Source: Tubiluchus corallicola (taxonomy: Eukaryota > Animalia > Priapulida). From it: DNA of 64,000 bases. The notes below the pieces were generated by a model. The model had not been told where the DNA came from. It did not search any database and saw only the letters and a program-made list of their open reading frames with translations. Position 1 is the first letter of the stretch. Each line of letters opens with the position of its first letter. Made by a program: the position numbers and the translations under genes. Positions 1 to 15,300 of the stretch are shown piece by piece. Location: the NCBI GenBank assembly GCA_030141605.1, contig JAQGDQ010000167.1:273877-337876 (forward strand), given 5' to 3'.

Positions 1-230
1 CCCTCAATCCTTTTTCTAAAATGATTTTGAAACTTGCTTTTTTAAAAGGAATATGGTTTTTGCACACAAGTTAAGTTTATGATGAATTTACAAGTTCACA
101 AAATTAAACTTGACACAATGAAACGTAATGTTTTTAATATAATACTTGCCAAATATACGACTATGCACTTATACATATGACACAACTACAGGCTCTTGGG
201 AAGGAACAACTGAAATTGAGAGATACTTAC

Positions 231-359
231 TTAAAATTCAAACCTTTGAAGCTGAAATGCGTCTCTACAATTCCAGTAGTTTTTACCCTAGTCCGCAACA
301 CGTCTTGCTCTGTAGGTATGTAATTTGGGGCAGAAATACGCTCCAGTTCATTTAAATAG
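231..359 (-). CDS. GNAI: G alpha-i exon 5 (switch I)
   Basis: [43 protein letters not shown]; tacag / gtaagt; 129 bp. Confidence 0.95.
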
Positions 360-3300
360 CTGTAGTGAAAATGCATAACGTAACTAGGAAGCATCATTAA
401 AATGCATAAACAATGTATGTATATATGCAAAGTACAGATCAGCTGCAAAGCAATCATATTATTTGGTTTGCATGCTTAAGGTGGCAATCCAATACTTTTG
501 AATATTCTCTGTTGTAACTAGGGGTGAACATCGAATGTTCGAATCGAATTCGCTGCAAACAAGGTTTTTTAGTGTGAATTTGATTCGTACCTAAAATTAT
601 AAATTAGAATAGTCCAGCACTTCAGCCACATACATTCCTTATTATTAAAATGTTTGAAACTTCAGCTGTGATTTCTGTGCACAATTTTTAAATAAATTAT
701 TAGTGATTTTACGGCAGAACAAAATAGAATGTAAGATCGCTTTTTACTGGCAGTTCAAAAATTTGTTGTAAAATCTTTCAAACAGAGTTAAAATTTGATT
801 CGAATTCGCTTTCTGGTAGAAAATGCTGAGCCCTAGTTGTAACTTGTACTCTGCCGACATTACAGCAATGTCAAAAATGCGCAACAAATGCACAGCTTCA
901 TCAGCACGTGATGATTTATGCAAATTTTCATAGATATTTTAGTATCTAAAACATCTTAAAAGCAGAGTTCAATAATTAAATTTAGGAGCATTCATATGGC
1001 TCTTCAGAGTAAGACAAAACATTTCGTATCAGTATCCAGCAAATCTATTATGTGTTTTACCAAATGAGAATTGTTTAGCTTTGTACAGCAACATACCAAC
1101 AAAAATGTATATATAGTTACATTTTATAGGTGGCAATTTTTTAGTTTTAAAATACCCAACAAAGAAAATTAGTACTACTCAGAACAAAAATAATTCAAGC
1201 ATACTGTTTGTGCTCATATTGTACTGTATAATGTATAAAATAATTTTTTCGGCCAATTCGAATAATAAAAATCAAAATACATTTCAAATTTTTACAATAA
1301 TTAGGTTTTTACTGGGTAAAAAATAACTGTGCACTAAAAACTGGAAGTACTGCATCCTAGTATCTATTTTTCTGGTAGCCTTAGCTGAATTGTTTCCAGA
1401 AAATTAATTTTAATTCAAGTAATAATGATAACATAGATGTACAATGCACTGTACAGATGTCACAAATCTCAAATTTTCCAATTTCAATCAAATCCAAATC
1501 TGATTTTACAATAACTTTTGAACCAGACAGAATCTGAATTTCATTCTGAGACAGTTTTAAAGGTTTGAATCCGACGTAGACATTTTTTGAGACCAATCAA
1601 ATTTGTGTTTCGCAAAACAGTGCGCATCTACGTGTATAATGTTACATTATGTGTGGCTAAAAATAGAATTAACAAGAGTTATAATTAATACAAAACTGTT
1701 CGTGTGTGTACTGTGTATGGTATTTGAGCATTAGTCTTCATTCTATTAATTGACAGGATCATGTTTGCTTTTTAATGCATGTATTTTATAAGTCTTTCTT
1801 TTTTGTTTATTTTGAGATGTATCGTGATAATCGACATTTAGTTACTTGTGTGAAATTGAGTTGAAGTTACAGTTGAAGGGCCTATCGAGTGCAACATTTG
1901 TTTGTTTGTTTGTTGGTTTGTTCTTTGCTGCTTGTGTCAGTTGTACCTATATACAAGTTATTCATGATCTTTTGCTGTATTGCACAATAGGATCATCATT
2001 CACGTATCGTACACATATAAATATAAGACACTAACAAAAAGTAACATGTTTATTAAATTCAAAAACATGTTGTTTACATAATATGATAACCAGTAAAACA
2101 TAAGTCTCTCACAAGCTGTTAATAGCACTACTAAGTTAACTAAATGCAACAGTAATGTTTTATAAATAGGAGTGGCTGTTAGGTGACCATCACGGTCTTT
2201 TGCCACCAGGTATCAATGCAGTTATAATGAACTATATGTATATGGAATGGGACAAACAAATTAATCTAATCTGCAGAAAAGTACTTGATTACAAGCCAGG
2301 GACCAGTCTTTTAGCCTATGACGCTACGATGTCTTATATATATAAAACAGAGACTGCTAAATTGCCAATCATGGAGATAGTAAATACTTCACTGTCTTGC
2401 GGAAATGCAAGCAATTTCCTGTAGTTTATACGACTCTACTCATCCCAAGGTAAACAGATCAGAATGGCTCGTATATCTGGCACGCGTCAATAATACATAT
2501 AAGCTTCATGCAGCGTATTTTATGCTTGGACCAGTATTATTAGAGTTCAACAGCGGGTTAATGACGACAGATTGCATTGCTCACGCTAGCTAATAAGAAA
2601 GCAAACTAATCTCACCACTATGAAATACATGCAATAAATTGACATAGACGTAAATGGCTCACCGAGAGCATTATTGTAAATACATCAGTCTGTGTGTGAG
2701 TACAGAACAGCTAATTCAGCTAGAAGATACTCCACAGTTCCTCCCACACACAAGTGCTACTGAACAAGCATCACGCATTATATTAAAGGAAAGGCCAGAC
2801 CTTCTAGGAGGTAGGTTAGGTTTATTCAATGTTCACGAAAAACGTTAGAAGGATTCAGTAATAAAACTGCAATAAGCGCCTCGTGTAAATAGTAATACAT
2901 CACTTTAAAGTCGCAATCACTTCATGCTTGGCCACTCCCACTTTCAATGCCCATTCTTCCAAAGGTGTCATTCGTCTTGAAGAAAAGTAGCACACTGCTA
3001 ATCTTTATCAAAGGTATAATAAGATTTTACAAAAAAATTACATAGCTAATTTTGTAATATTTTTGCGAGAACCTTGAAGATGAAGATAAAGGTAAAGATG
3101 AAAACGTTTAAAGCAGTTCCTATCAAGATGAATATTTTTAAATCATTTGCCATCAAGACAAAGACATTTAAATTTATGTCAGTTCCTACCAAGATAAAGA
3201 CTTTTAAATAATTTCCTACTTTGATGCAAACTTTTTAACTATTTCTTACATAGATGAAGACTTTTTAACAATTTCTTACATAGATGAATACTTTTGCATC

Positions 3301-6300
3301 AGTTCCTACAAAGATGAAGACTTTTTAACAATATCTTAATTAGATGAATACTTTTAACCAGTGCCTATCAAGATGAGGACTTTTAGTCATTTCCTATCAA
3401 GACGACAACCTTTCAATCATTTTCTACACAGCTAACAATTTTAGCTATTTTGTACATCTATAAACAGAAATTCTTAAACACTTTGTAACATACACAAAAC
3501 ATTGAAAATAGCTGATCACCCGAACACACGTCAACTATTCTAGTTATATTATTTTTCGTGATCAATTCTTTCACACAAAGTCCTTCAAAAATACTACTAT
3601 CATTGCTTGATCTCCCAGTAATAAAGCCATTTCTTGCTCACCCAACTTCTTGAAGCCAAGGACATTTTTGCTACGAAAGGAGGTCTCTTGAGAGGGCTGT
3701 AAATTACTATCTACTGCTAATCAGCTCGTCCATCTGAACCATACAAGCAATTTCCGCGAAAGTTTCACTTCTATTATACGTAGAACAAAGTCGTTTAATC
3801 TGCACAGTGAATCACATGTTACAAGATAAAAATATTAAAAAACAAACCACATTGATTGAAGTGACATAAAACAAATTTAACGATGTCGAAGACAAATGAT
3901 TAGATAAACACAAATTAGAATTTTGATGCTACAAAATTAGGTATTCCAGTCATGCAAACATCCTCAAGTGTTTATCACTGTGGGCAAAGCCAATGGGAAT
4001 TGTTGATTTTACGTCTTTATGCCAGAATCATCATCGAGTTAAGCATCAGCAAAAGAGCTTTGCAATTAGTTTTTATCAGTAATTTTTGGAAATTCTCATG
4101 GTTTCAGACATTGTTCTTGGTCTTTCTTGTTCCAGAAATTAGGAATGAGCAGAAAAAATGTCACACTAATACAGTCGTAGAGATAAAGACAACAACCTAA
4201 TGACAACAACTAAGGAACCAAATTTACTCGACAAAGAAGATTTTTCACTTAAAATTACTATTATAATGAGAATGCATGATTTCCTTCTGATGAACAATAT
4301 CAATGAACAGCTACATCTCTTACCATTTAAACAATGCTTCACAAAAATCTACCAGGGTTCTTCCTGTATTTGAAAATATAAACTACACTAAACAGCACGG
4401 GGTTTCCTTTTACATTTTTGAACATTAATAGGTTTCTACTACATAAAACAGATAAGCTACCACTTTCTTTATCAAGTGCAAAATTTAAAATACAGAAGTT
4501 CCAAAGTCGTACTCAGAAAAAAAAGATTGTCCCACTTATTGGGTTAAAGATTGTAAATTTACTTACTAAGGCGCAGAATCGTTCAACTGAAACTCTCGTG
4601 ATCGCATGAAACATTCTTGGACGCCACTGTCTCTCCACAGCTTCTTCATGATATCGGCAAGCTCAGGTGGCATTTCTCCCTCATCGCTACTGCTAACAAG
4701 ATTAAAAAGCTGACGAGCATCATGCTGAAAAAAGGGGTGACTATTTAGCATTACATCAATTATGACGAATCATACATCAAAACTATATCATAGTAATTTA
4801 TCCTTCTCCTTTTTACTCTTTGTTTTGCTTTCCATTTACTTCTGTTTTTTTCACTTTTCCTTTTCTCCTGTTCCCTGCCCTCTTTAACCCGCTTCTGTCT
4901 TTTCCCATTTGTTATCCTTGCTTTCTTTTAGCATCAATCTCGTCTCCTTCACTCGTTACTTCTCTTAGAACTGTTTCGTATACTAAAAAAATCTGAAAGT
5001 ATTAATTTTTTAATTTGCTGCCTCAAACCACATTCACCCATGTTTCCACAAGCAGAGATCCATGTTTAATCAAGGACTCTACCGCAATCCATTTTTCAAC
5101 ATTAGCTCAGGTTAGCTGTCAACCGCTTAGGAGAGTGTTCATGTGTTGGTTGTTTATGTTACAAAATGGTAATGATTTGAAGCAACTAGGTTTTTACAAT
5201 AAACAGTAAGTGCAACTCTTTGCTCACCGCTCGGTCGGGATCACCAAAATTTATTTTCAGTTGGCCCATGGCACGTATAATTGCTATCATACTCTGTATT
5301 GTGTTGCTGAAGACAACAGGCTTGTACTGTATGCAGTCATCCTGCGTGTAGCCGCTTTCGTGTATTATTCTGAAAAAAAAATTGCCAAACAACCCATTAT
5401 AAAACAAGCAACTGATTTTACCACCAGAGGTAATCACTATTCAGTAGATGGGCACGTTCAGGCCCTCACATGAAAGCTATTACAGGCAAAAATTTATTTT
5501 AACAATATTCTTTCACCATGTCGCAAAGGCGGTTTAGGTTTTTGTTTTTGTAAATATTTTTGAACTTTTAATCTTTTTAACTCTTTTACAAAAAAGGGGA
5601 AAGCAATTATTGGGCGACTGAAAACCCAGAGTTTTAAAATTCAAGTCCGCATTTCGCGAGGTGCCAATATATGAGTAGAATAAAGTTTGTTAATATTGAA
5701 ATTCAATTTATAGAAAACAAGAACGATAAATTTAAAATATGTGGATAGTTATATTTACATTACACAAACATCTAACTAGTGGTATTTACAAGGATTATAT
5801 GAAAAAAAAAACGATTACATGACATCTTTTTACTCAAAACAGCAATGGCCTTCCGGGCCTTACCCAGACCTATTCCTATAGATGCGATTAAATGCCTTAC
5901 ATATGCACCATACATGGGTAATAACCATTTCACTGTATATAAGAACTACAACGAGAATAGACCTAATCAGTCAGCAGCGGCTCGTGTATACGTACTGTGG
6001 AACTGCAGCACCTCTTATTTTCACTCAACATTATCGATAACATTCAATATACTAAGTCTTTTGTCTTTAGTTCTTTCTTTATACTTGTATGGAACCGGAT
6101 CATGTGAGAGTAGTACTGTTTGCTTCACAGCCCAGCACGATGCGCTCCAGCAACATGGTGTTTGGCTGTTGTGCACATGTCTGAGCCCAGGTAAAGAAAG
6201 TATTGTCGCTCACACAGTTTGCTGTCAGTGGTCGCCTGCTCACCGTGAATGGATCAAGCTTGAACTACGACAATTTAGGTATTAGTAAGCAAAATATATT

Positions 6301-9300
6301 TTTTTATTTAGGATTTTGTCAAGTTTATGTATATCTGTTTCTTTGTTTAAAATTACAATTACAAATTACAACATTAAAATTACATATGTTTGATTCGTTT
6401 TTTCACAGTATTAAAAGAATGGCTAAAAATTTTCTGAAACACCACACCCACTAATTTTAGCTACGAACCGCCTAATGGCTTCTCTACTCCATTTTTCGAT
6501 TTTTAGTTATTACTGATGCCGTACAGTTCTCTATCCTTGTGTAATCAAGTTAACAAAATCGATTGATTAAAGCACAGTCACTCTAAATCAAATTAAATCA
6601 AAAATGTTCCCGCAGCAGAAACTAATTAATTAATGCATAATGCTAAAATCTAGATTGTCAGATTTCCCATGAGATAGTGCATTAATTAAGGGGCTACACT
6701 AGAGACTAATGATGACAACTGAAGCACGTTTCACAAATTAAGTTTTGTCATAAATAAAGCCACTCTGAATGAAATGCTACGCTGCACACCAGAACGTATA
6801 ATCTGTGTAATTAGTGTTTGCTAATCAGTAGTATTGCAATAGAGCACAAAAACCCTTCAAAATTACAAATTAAAAAAAAGCCAAGTGCAAATAACATAAA
6901 ATAAATAAACAATAAATCATTTGTTAATTACAGGTTTGGGTTAAATTTAACAATTTAATATTAAAATCACCAAAAAGCATTCATGCAGTTTAAAACAAAA
7001 ATTAATACTTGCATGTATCAAGTATATGTAAAGCCCAACAATGCTTATATTATTATTAATATTTTTCATTCAATATTTATTTCAATACGTAAGAGACCAT
7101 ATAAAATACAAATACCACTATAAAGCCCGACAATGCTTACAAATATTAGTATTATTTTTCATTTAACATTTATTTTACTCTACAAAAGACCATATGAAAT
7201 ACCAAAACCATTACAAAGCCCATCAATAGAAGTTGAAGTTGAGTCAGCTAGCTCGGTTAAAGATGAGTCCATATGAAATATCAATATAGCTAAAACTTGG
7301 ACTACATTATTTACCATATATTTGAGTAGAACACGAACAAGTGGAAACATTTAGAAGGGCAATTTTTCAGTATGACAAGCTGCAAGCTGAAATCCAGCAT
7401 TTAAAGACAGGCCTACTAAACGTGATCATTATCAAAGTCATGCTAAGGTGAGATACTGAACCAGCAGAAGTGTATTAACCACATTCGTAAGTGGATACAG
7501 TCTCCCTTAACAAAATAAACAGCCACGATCAGTGTGATAAATGCAACTGTTCTGAACGAATATTGAATCAGTCAATCACCCATCCATTAACTGGCCAGCC
7601 TCTGTGCCATTCATGACTTCGGTCACCAAGCACAAAGCTGTGACCACTCAGCAACTGCTTGATAATGCTCATCTCAAATTAAATGATATACGTTATTTGT
7701 GAAAGATACTGTAAATGCGACTGAGTGTAAACAGTTTGAATTTTTGAATAAAAATGAATTTATACTAGACTGGATCCGTCAAAATTAACTTAAATAATGT
7801 TTTATTTTTATTGTACTCCCCTAGACTAACTATTACATCATTCACTATCCCTTTTTGTGTAAATTATTACATTGTGTAAATATTCTTAGTTTTCTATGCT
7901 GCTCACAAAGTGAAAATTGTACTACAATTTTGAAATAAATAATGATAATAATTATGAATGTTATTTGGTTGTCAAATTTTGTGTAACAAACAAAGGAATA
8001 TAAGATAATTGGTTACATAAATATAAAAATTAAAAGGCCAAAAAGCAAAGAAAACGAAACTGAAAACACAAAAATTTTCATCTGCTTTTTAATTCTTGCA
8101 ATTCAAAGTTTTTTAAATGTGCGTTTATTAAACGTCTATAGTTACATGCACCAGCAAACATGAAAACCCAGTTTCTTTGGTCACATCTTTCTCATTTGTG
8201 ATCAATATGGCAACCTCAATTCCCAGGCAGATGTTGCAAGACTAGTAATCTTAAAATGTCAACAGTGTTCACTACATCAATTTATCTGCTTCTTCTTCAC
8301 ACGATAAATGTCTGCAAGCTAGCTCGTTAATACAGACTGAGTTTAAACTGAAATGTTAAGCTCCATTAAAATGCCTCACATGCAGCAAACGATGAAGTTT
8401 GGTCGTGATTTTGATTTAATAAGGCTATTTAAGAATTTAGGCATACCTAGAATACAATGAGAGTGGCAACGATAATTGCAGAAAACAACTGTCAATGTTT
8501 CATATGCAGGGTTCACCCAGAATTTTAAAATAAATTTCCCTGACTTTTCCCTGACAAAATATTGATTTTCCACGATCAAGATAAGCAGAAAATGCATTAC
8601 CAGTATACATATTCATGCATTTTTGTGTATGGACATTCACACATATTCTTATATATGTGTTGGCCAATCATTATTTTTGGAACAGAAATCGAAACTGGGA
8701 GTCTGCCATACCAAAATTTTATTTGAGCACCGCTGAAAAATATGTTTCTGAAAATATCGGTTCAAGGTGATTATTTTAGCCTCTTTTTTAGAGATCGTTT
8801 TAGCCTCTTTTTCTTTTTTCAAGATGAAAATTTTACACATATCTTTTTTCATTTGTGAGTGGTAATACGGTGTATCTTCGGGCTAGGTCTTTAAGATGAT
8901 AGACACAATGAAAATGCTAAAGTTTGCTAATATTTACTAATCTTTCATTATCCGAACTGATCTGCATATTCGATCCGAATTTAGCTAACCTATCCGGTTA
9001 TAATCTGAATCCAGAAGCCAATTTGAGGAAATATGCTATAATATCCGGTATTCGCTATCCGGCAAAAAAGTGTATCCAGGGCAACACTAGAGCAAAGATG
9101 TGACAAACAAACCAGGTAACTTATTGTGCGCACAGTTCACTTATTATGCAAGTACTACTTACTTCATTTGCTTAACAATAGTACTCTTTCCCGATTCGCC
9201 GGCACCTGAAATGCACAAAATGCACACATTTTAGAAAGTTTAAATAATTTGCAAACGTGTCAGTAATAAATTCAAGCTGTTTCACAAACTAAGTTAATTA

Positions 9301-12300
9301 CAAAATTTCAAAAGTGATCGCTTGGAAATTTAGCGTGGGGCATCTGGCACGCAGAGTGTTTGAAAAGAAAAACTATGCTAACAAATTCATGCTATAATGT
9401 ACCACAATACTATACCAATAAGTGTGGTCATAACAAGTTATATGGTTGGAAAATTTGAAAACTGACGCAAAAAACATAAGATTATTTTACATCATTGTTT
9501 TGAATGTAATGCAGATTTCCAGGTTCATTTTCCCATGTCGACTGTATTTTTAATGAACTGTTTCTTTTGGAACAAGCTATACAATTTTAACTCACTCCTG
9601 TAGTTTACAGACTGTACATCAGCGAAGTGTTTACATTGCGGTTTCAAAAGCGTCTTAACGCATAAACAAAAAGCTTAGTATCCTAAACACCATTAATCTG
9701 TGGAAACTTCAACCACAGTAATCTGTGCATCTGCTAAAACTTGAACTGCATTCATAGTGATCCACCCAGAAGTAAAGCCATAGCATACTAGCCACTACAC
9801 AAAAAGTTTAACCACATTCTAAGAGTTTAATCACAACATAATAATATGTCATTCGGGATTAGTGGCCATTATTTTTACAGCTTTCAGTAGAGTCCAACAA
9901 AACATTGCAAATATTAAATCTGACCAAAACTAAATTGAGCGCAAAAATGAAAAGTTTTTAATACACGTATAGTATGCACTAATTACTAGTACACTACTTA
10001 GTAGTATAAAATGAGTTCCAATAACATATCTTGTAGGAGTTTTCTTTAAAACTAAAAATTAAACTTGTGTTTACATTTTAGCGTAATGCTACCAGCCTAG
10101 CAGGAAATTATCAACAGCAATTATACTAAAACTGAAAACACAAAATATTTTGAGTAACTAATATTAAGTAAGTAACAGATATTAGGTTAAAGTTAGTTGT
10201 AAACCTGTACTTAACTTTGCAAAGCACTTAAATTTATATATATTTATTTTTCAAAATGTATCTGTGTTTTAGCAAGAAATACACTGGTATCTATGCCTAC
10301 ATCTATCTCAAAATTTATAAATGCAATCTAATTTATGATATATGTAATAAAGTAGCATTAATCATAGGCCCACAGCAGGAATGAATTTTAAAAGTCACAA
10401 TTGTTAACTATTTTACTATCCTAAAAGATTCACTTTGACTTATTAGGTATACACTAAACATTTATAGATATAAAGATTCTGCAAATCAAGGGTGTGGGTG
10501 TAAACAGGGTTCCCAGAGAATTTAAAAATAAATTTCCCCGACTTTTTCCTGACCAAATATTGATTTTCTATGACCAAGATAAGCAGAAATTGCATTACCA
10601 GTATACATATCCAAAAATTTTTGCATAAAATTTACACTGATATATAATGTGTTGCCAATCATTATTTTGGGAACAGAAATTGCAACTGGGGGCCTGCCAT
10701 AGCCAAACACGAATTGCTGAAAAATATATTTGGGAAAATATCAGTTCACCGTAATTGTTTTTGCAACCCTTTCCAATTTCCCTGACCTTTTGCCCTATTT
10801 TTTCTGACTTTTTACCAAATTATCTTTATCATTGACTTTTCCATGATTTTCCAAACAGTTTGTATTCTCAAGGATTTTCCTGGCTGTGGGAAGAACCTTG
10901 TGCAAATCTACTGGATGGTTTAACACTGCAGTAGTACATGCAAAACTAACTTAAATTAATCTCACTTTCAAAATTATTGTTATATATCCCGAAAGTTACA
11001 ATTTAGTTTTTTCACATTTGAAACAGGAATATTCGGTATCCTGAACTGTAGACAGTAATGGGTACAGGTTGTTTATTTCCCTCAACATCAATGTACCATG
11101 TATTACTTGTAACACTCAGACTTATCTGCGGCACCTCTTCTAAATAGGAGAGACATGTGCTAGCCAGATGTGCTAAAACCAGACAGTAGGAGCTTGGAAA
11201 GCCACACAACCTCCCGCTAAAGAAGCCAAAGACGGGAAGTTTTGATAAACACAGTGTTGTTCAGCTGATGAAGCCAAATCACTTCAGGGGGATAGCATGG
11301 AGCATGCAGAAAATTGCAAAAACTTTGTTCTTACAGACTTACAGGTCTATTGAACTTGACAAGCTAATGAATTTCAATTTAATTTAATGTGAAAATGAAA
11401 ATTTTGACAGATGCCATGAGCTCACGTGGCAGCACAATCGTGGATTTTTCAGCTGCACTGTTGGTCTTTATTTTATTTGATAAGTTTGTAACTGTAATTT
11501 GATGATTTCAATGTCTAACATTCCTGCTTTCCTTTTTCAATAGGACATGGATGTTTATTTTCTCCAATAATGTGTCACAAATTCCATTTTACAAAAAAAC
11601 TTTATCCTTGGAGATAGGATGAGGAAAAACTGTAGGTCATCCAGACACTCATCCCTAATGTCGACTCATTTGGACACCTACACGAAAAATGTAGACATTT
11701 GATCATGTTAACTCTCATTAAAAGGTTTGTGAAAAATGGAAAACTTTTGAGATGGCCAAACTAAGTCAATTCCTAATGTTCCAGTCAAAAGATAAGAAAA
11801 AGCAAGTTCATTAATGACAAGACATACATCGCAGCATTATTTAGAACAATAAACCAGAAATAGTTTTAATAGAAGCAACCGAATTTTACAAGAAAACTGC
11901 ATTTGATAAAGAATGTAGCAGTAACAGCAGCATTAGTAGTAATGGTAGTGGTGGTGGTACAGACATTGGTATTGACCGTGAAAGTAGGCAGCAGGCCTAG
12001 TGGTATTGTGGTACTTGATGATGATGGCGGCAGCGGTAGTAGAGAGTATATGCACAGTCAACTTGCTTTTTTATTCATATCCATGCATACGGAACAGTTA
12101 CCAGGTAAAATGTTCACACGACACCACAAATATGTCATAAACAGATTTCAAAAATTTATCCATTTTTCAAAATAGTGCTTGTATAACCTGGGTTTCAGCC
12201 TTTCTGAAGCAATTTCTATCAATATGAAATTTAGACTAATAAAGATGATTTATATGATTATATCATGTGTTAAACTGTTAAGTGACTCCATATGGTGCGA

Positions 12301-15300
12301 GTCACATGAATGCTATACAACATAAACAAAAGCTATAGATAAGCAAGGTTATATTTTGTACTTCAGCAAAGTAGTTATATGTATATACCTTCCTATATAT
12401 GTACTGAATTACAAAGAATGCAACAAACATACTTATTTAGTAGTTAAAGCAAAAGCCAAGTCGCTCGTCCAAGTTGAGCTTATTTTGATATTCACGAAAA
12501 ATGTTAGAAAGTTTTAGCAATATCGAGATCGCTTCAAGCTTGGGCGCATCCCATTTTGAGCAAAAAATTGCATTGCGTTATCTGGTTACTGTTAGGTGCT
12601 TGAGCATACTTTTTGAAGCTGTAGTTACTATTATTAACTACAAACAATTCAACACGTTAAACAAGAGACTATCGATAGTATTTTTTGCTTTTTGATGAAT
12701 GCTGTTGCCCAGTATGTAATGAAAACCAGTTACTGACAATAACATAACAATCTCCAACTCGTTAGAGTTAGTTAATGGCTTAGATGCACTTTTAATAGGA
12801 CTGTGTCTAAGAGAATGTGTTTCTGAAAGAACAATGGACTGTGGTTTTCCATGCTGAACTGTTACCATAATATGTAATGTGTAAATGTTATTTTCAGTTG
12901 TTGTATGTAAATTATTAATTTGTAAAATGCTTGTTGTATTCAGTCATTTAAGTAATACTTAACTAAATGGAGTCAATTACAAAATAAAAATGCAAACTAA
13001 CCCTGCTACAAGATCCAGTACCTGCTAAAGTAATTAATAAGCAAAACCAGCTAATATAAAGCCATGCTTATTAGACATAGACATGTCTATGTCTATGTCT
13101 AATAAGTATGGCTTTTAATTATGTCTATGACTAATAAGCATGGGTTTTAATTAGCTGGTTTTGCTTACAACAACGAAATTTCTACATATAAACACAAGTG
13201 GTGGTCTATGACAGCCTCACGATACATTTAGTGCCACATTTATTGTAGTCAACAATTCTATGAACATAGTTTTTTGTTTTAGTGAGTATCTTTTACTTAT
13301 CTTTTTCATCTTGCTTTCTAAAGGCATCTTAACACATCTTTTTTTATTATCTTATCTTATAAAGATAAGATCGTAACTTATCTATTTTTACTTTATTTCT
13401 TAATTTAAAAATATGACTGACCAGACTGGATCGCATATATGTGTATGTATATAAATAGCTAGAAAAATGGAAAAAGGAATTTTTTAATAGAAGTAATTTA
13501 CTGGTTATTTTTTTTTCAGTTTTCAATTTAAGCATTTATTACTCCCTATCATTCACGCGAGTGTTTATAAAACGTCTTGTATAATCAACTTATATTTTTC
13601 TTACTAGTCACTCACAGATTTATTGTATTAATATTTAAACATGTGAGTCGAGTTTCAGTGAGCTAAGCGTCCAGTTCAGATCTCCTGAATATTGTAAAAT
13701 AAACGTATACACAAGTTTGCACTTAGCGATGATTCACACATTATTATTAGTTTACTCACACTAGCTTACATGCTGTAGCTAGTAACTGTATGCCTGTCAC
13801 TATCTCTTAAGCTACTATTAGTTAAAGGATGTGGAAAATCCTAGTTGGTCTGCTGAATTCTTGGGACCATTAATAAGTTTACTAAAGGAAATACAGCAAA
13901 ATACAGTAACATCAGGCAAGTTGCAGTCATTCCCAAATAATAATCTTACTCAGCCGACCTCTTTAAATAATAGATAAACATAGGTATGAATTTCTCTTCC
14001 TTATCTAGCACTACAACCTAAACCATTTTCTACATTTTTGCTGAAGAACTACACAATTTTTTCCTTGCAGCCTTTATGGTGGAAAACATGTAGAAGTGCA
14101 AGTGTTTTGGGTCTGCAAATGCTCTATGTCGCTACTACTTATGGTGTGTTAGGTCTGCAAATGTTTTATGCCACTACTACTCCTGGAGTGTGAGGTCTTC
14201 AAATACTTTATGCCACTACTACTTGTGGAGTGTGAGGTCTTCAAATACTTTATGCCACTACTACTTGTGGTGTGTGAGGTCTGCAAATGATTTATGCCAC
14301 TAGTACTTGTGGTGTGTGAGGTTTGCAAATGCTTAAATGCCGCTACTATTAGGGACACGTTAGGTCTGCAAGTGCAAAATGTGAATACTACTTGTGACAT
14401 GTTAGGTCTCCAAATGCTTTATACCACTACTGCTTGTGATGTGCGAGATGTGCAAATGCTTTAGGCCACCGCTATGCGTGGTGTGTTAGATCAATAAATG
14501 CTTCATGCCACTACTATTACGGTGTGTCAAGTCCGCAAATGCTTTAAGCCACTACCGGTTGTGATGTGTTAGGTCTGCAAATGCTTTAAGCCACTACCAG
14601 TTGTGATGTGTTAGGTCTGCAAATGCTTTATGCCACTACCGCTTGTGATGTGTTAGGTCTGCAAATGCTTTATGCCAGTACTATTAGGGTGTCAGGTGGG
14701 CAAATGCTTTATGCCACTACTGTTTGTGATGTGTTGGGTCTGCAAATGCGTTTAAGTTTATAATAAAATGAAAATCTGTGCATTTTACACCTCAGTTGCA
14801 AAATGCTAAAAAACTAAACATAAGTACTTCAAAAATGTTCTAATTTCTTATACAGTCAAACCGCTTCATACTGCTTACTTTGGCAAAAAAGTTGGCATTA
14901 TGTGAATTTTATGGGTATTATAAAGAGGTTCATAAATACGTACACATCTACGCAAATATATGTGTATTTTGTCTTGCCAAAATATGGGCATTAAGGGAGG
15001 TTGGCATTAAAAATGGGGTGTTATGACAAGGTATGATTGTAATTCTAACTAATATATTTTCCCTTCAATAAATAATTAACATGCTACAAAATTATAAGAT
15101 TTTTTTCCCATAGTCCAGGTTCTACATTTCAGGGAAGTACTTACAGTGATTTATTTACAAGAAAACCTTTTAATTTAAAAATATCATGACTGACCTGGGT
15201 TAAAATTGTTGACTATATAAACACTTTTGCTAAAATTTTTTCGCTGTGCTGTGAAATGTTATTTTATTTTCAAAGTAAATGAGCTGTACAATAAAATGAC

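Noticed and set aside
1932-2004. C/D-box-like segment in a Gi intron (ATGATGA...CTGA with a gtg/cac stem, minus strand)
   Set aside because: No convincing D' box and no rRNA or snRNA complementarity that I recognise; easily arises by chance.
5845-6454. 146-aa and 83-aa plus-strand ORFs
   Set aside because: No recognisable domain; they overlap a dispersed repeat antisense within a Gi intron.
14149-14400. 83-aa ORF with 14-aa repeats
   Set aside because: A by-product of the 42-bp minisatellite; the Gi exon 1-2 junction is already complete without it.
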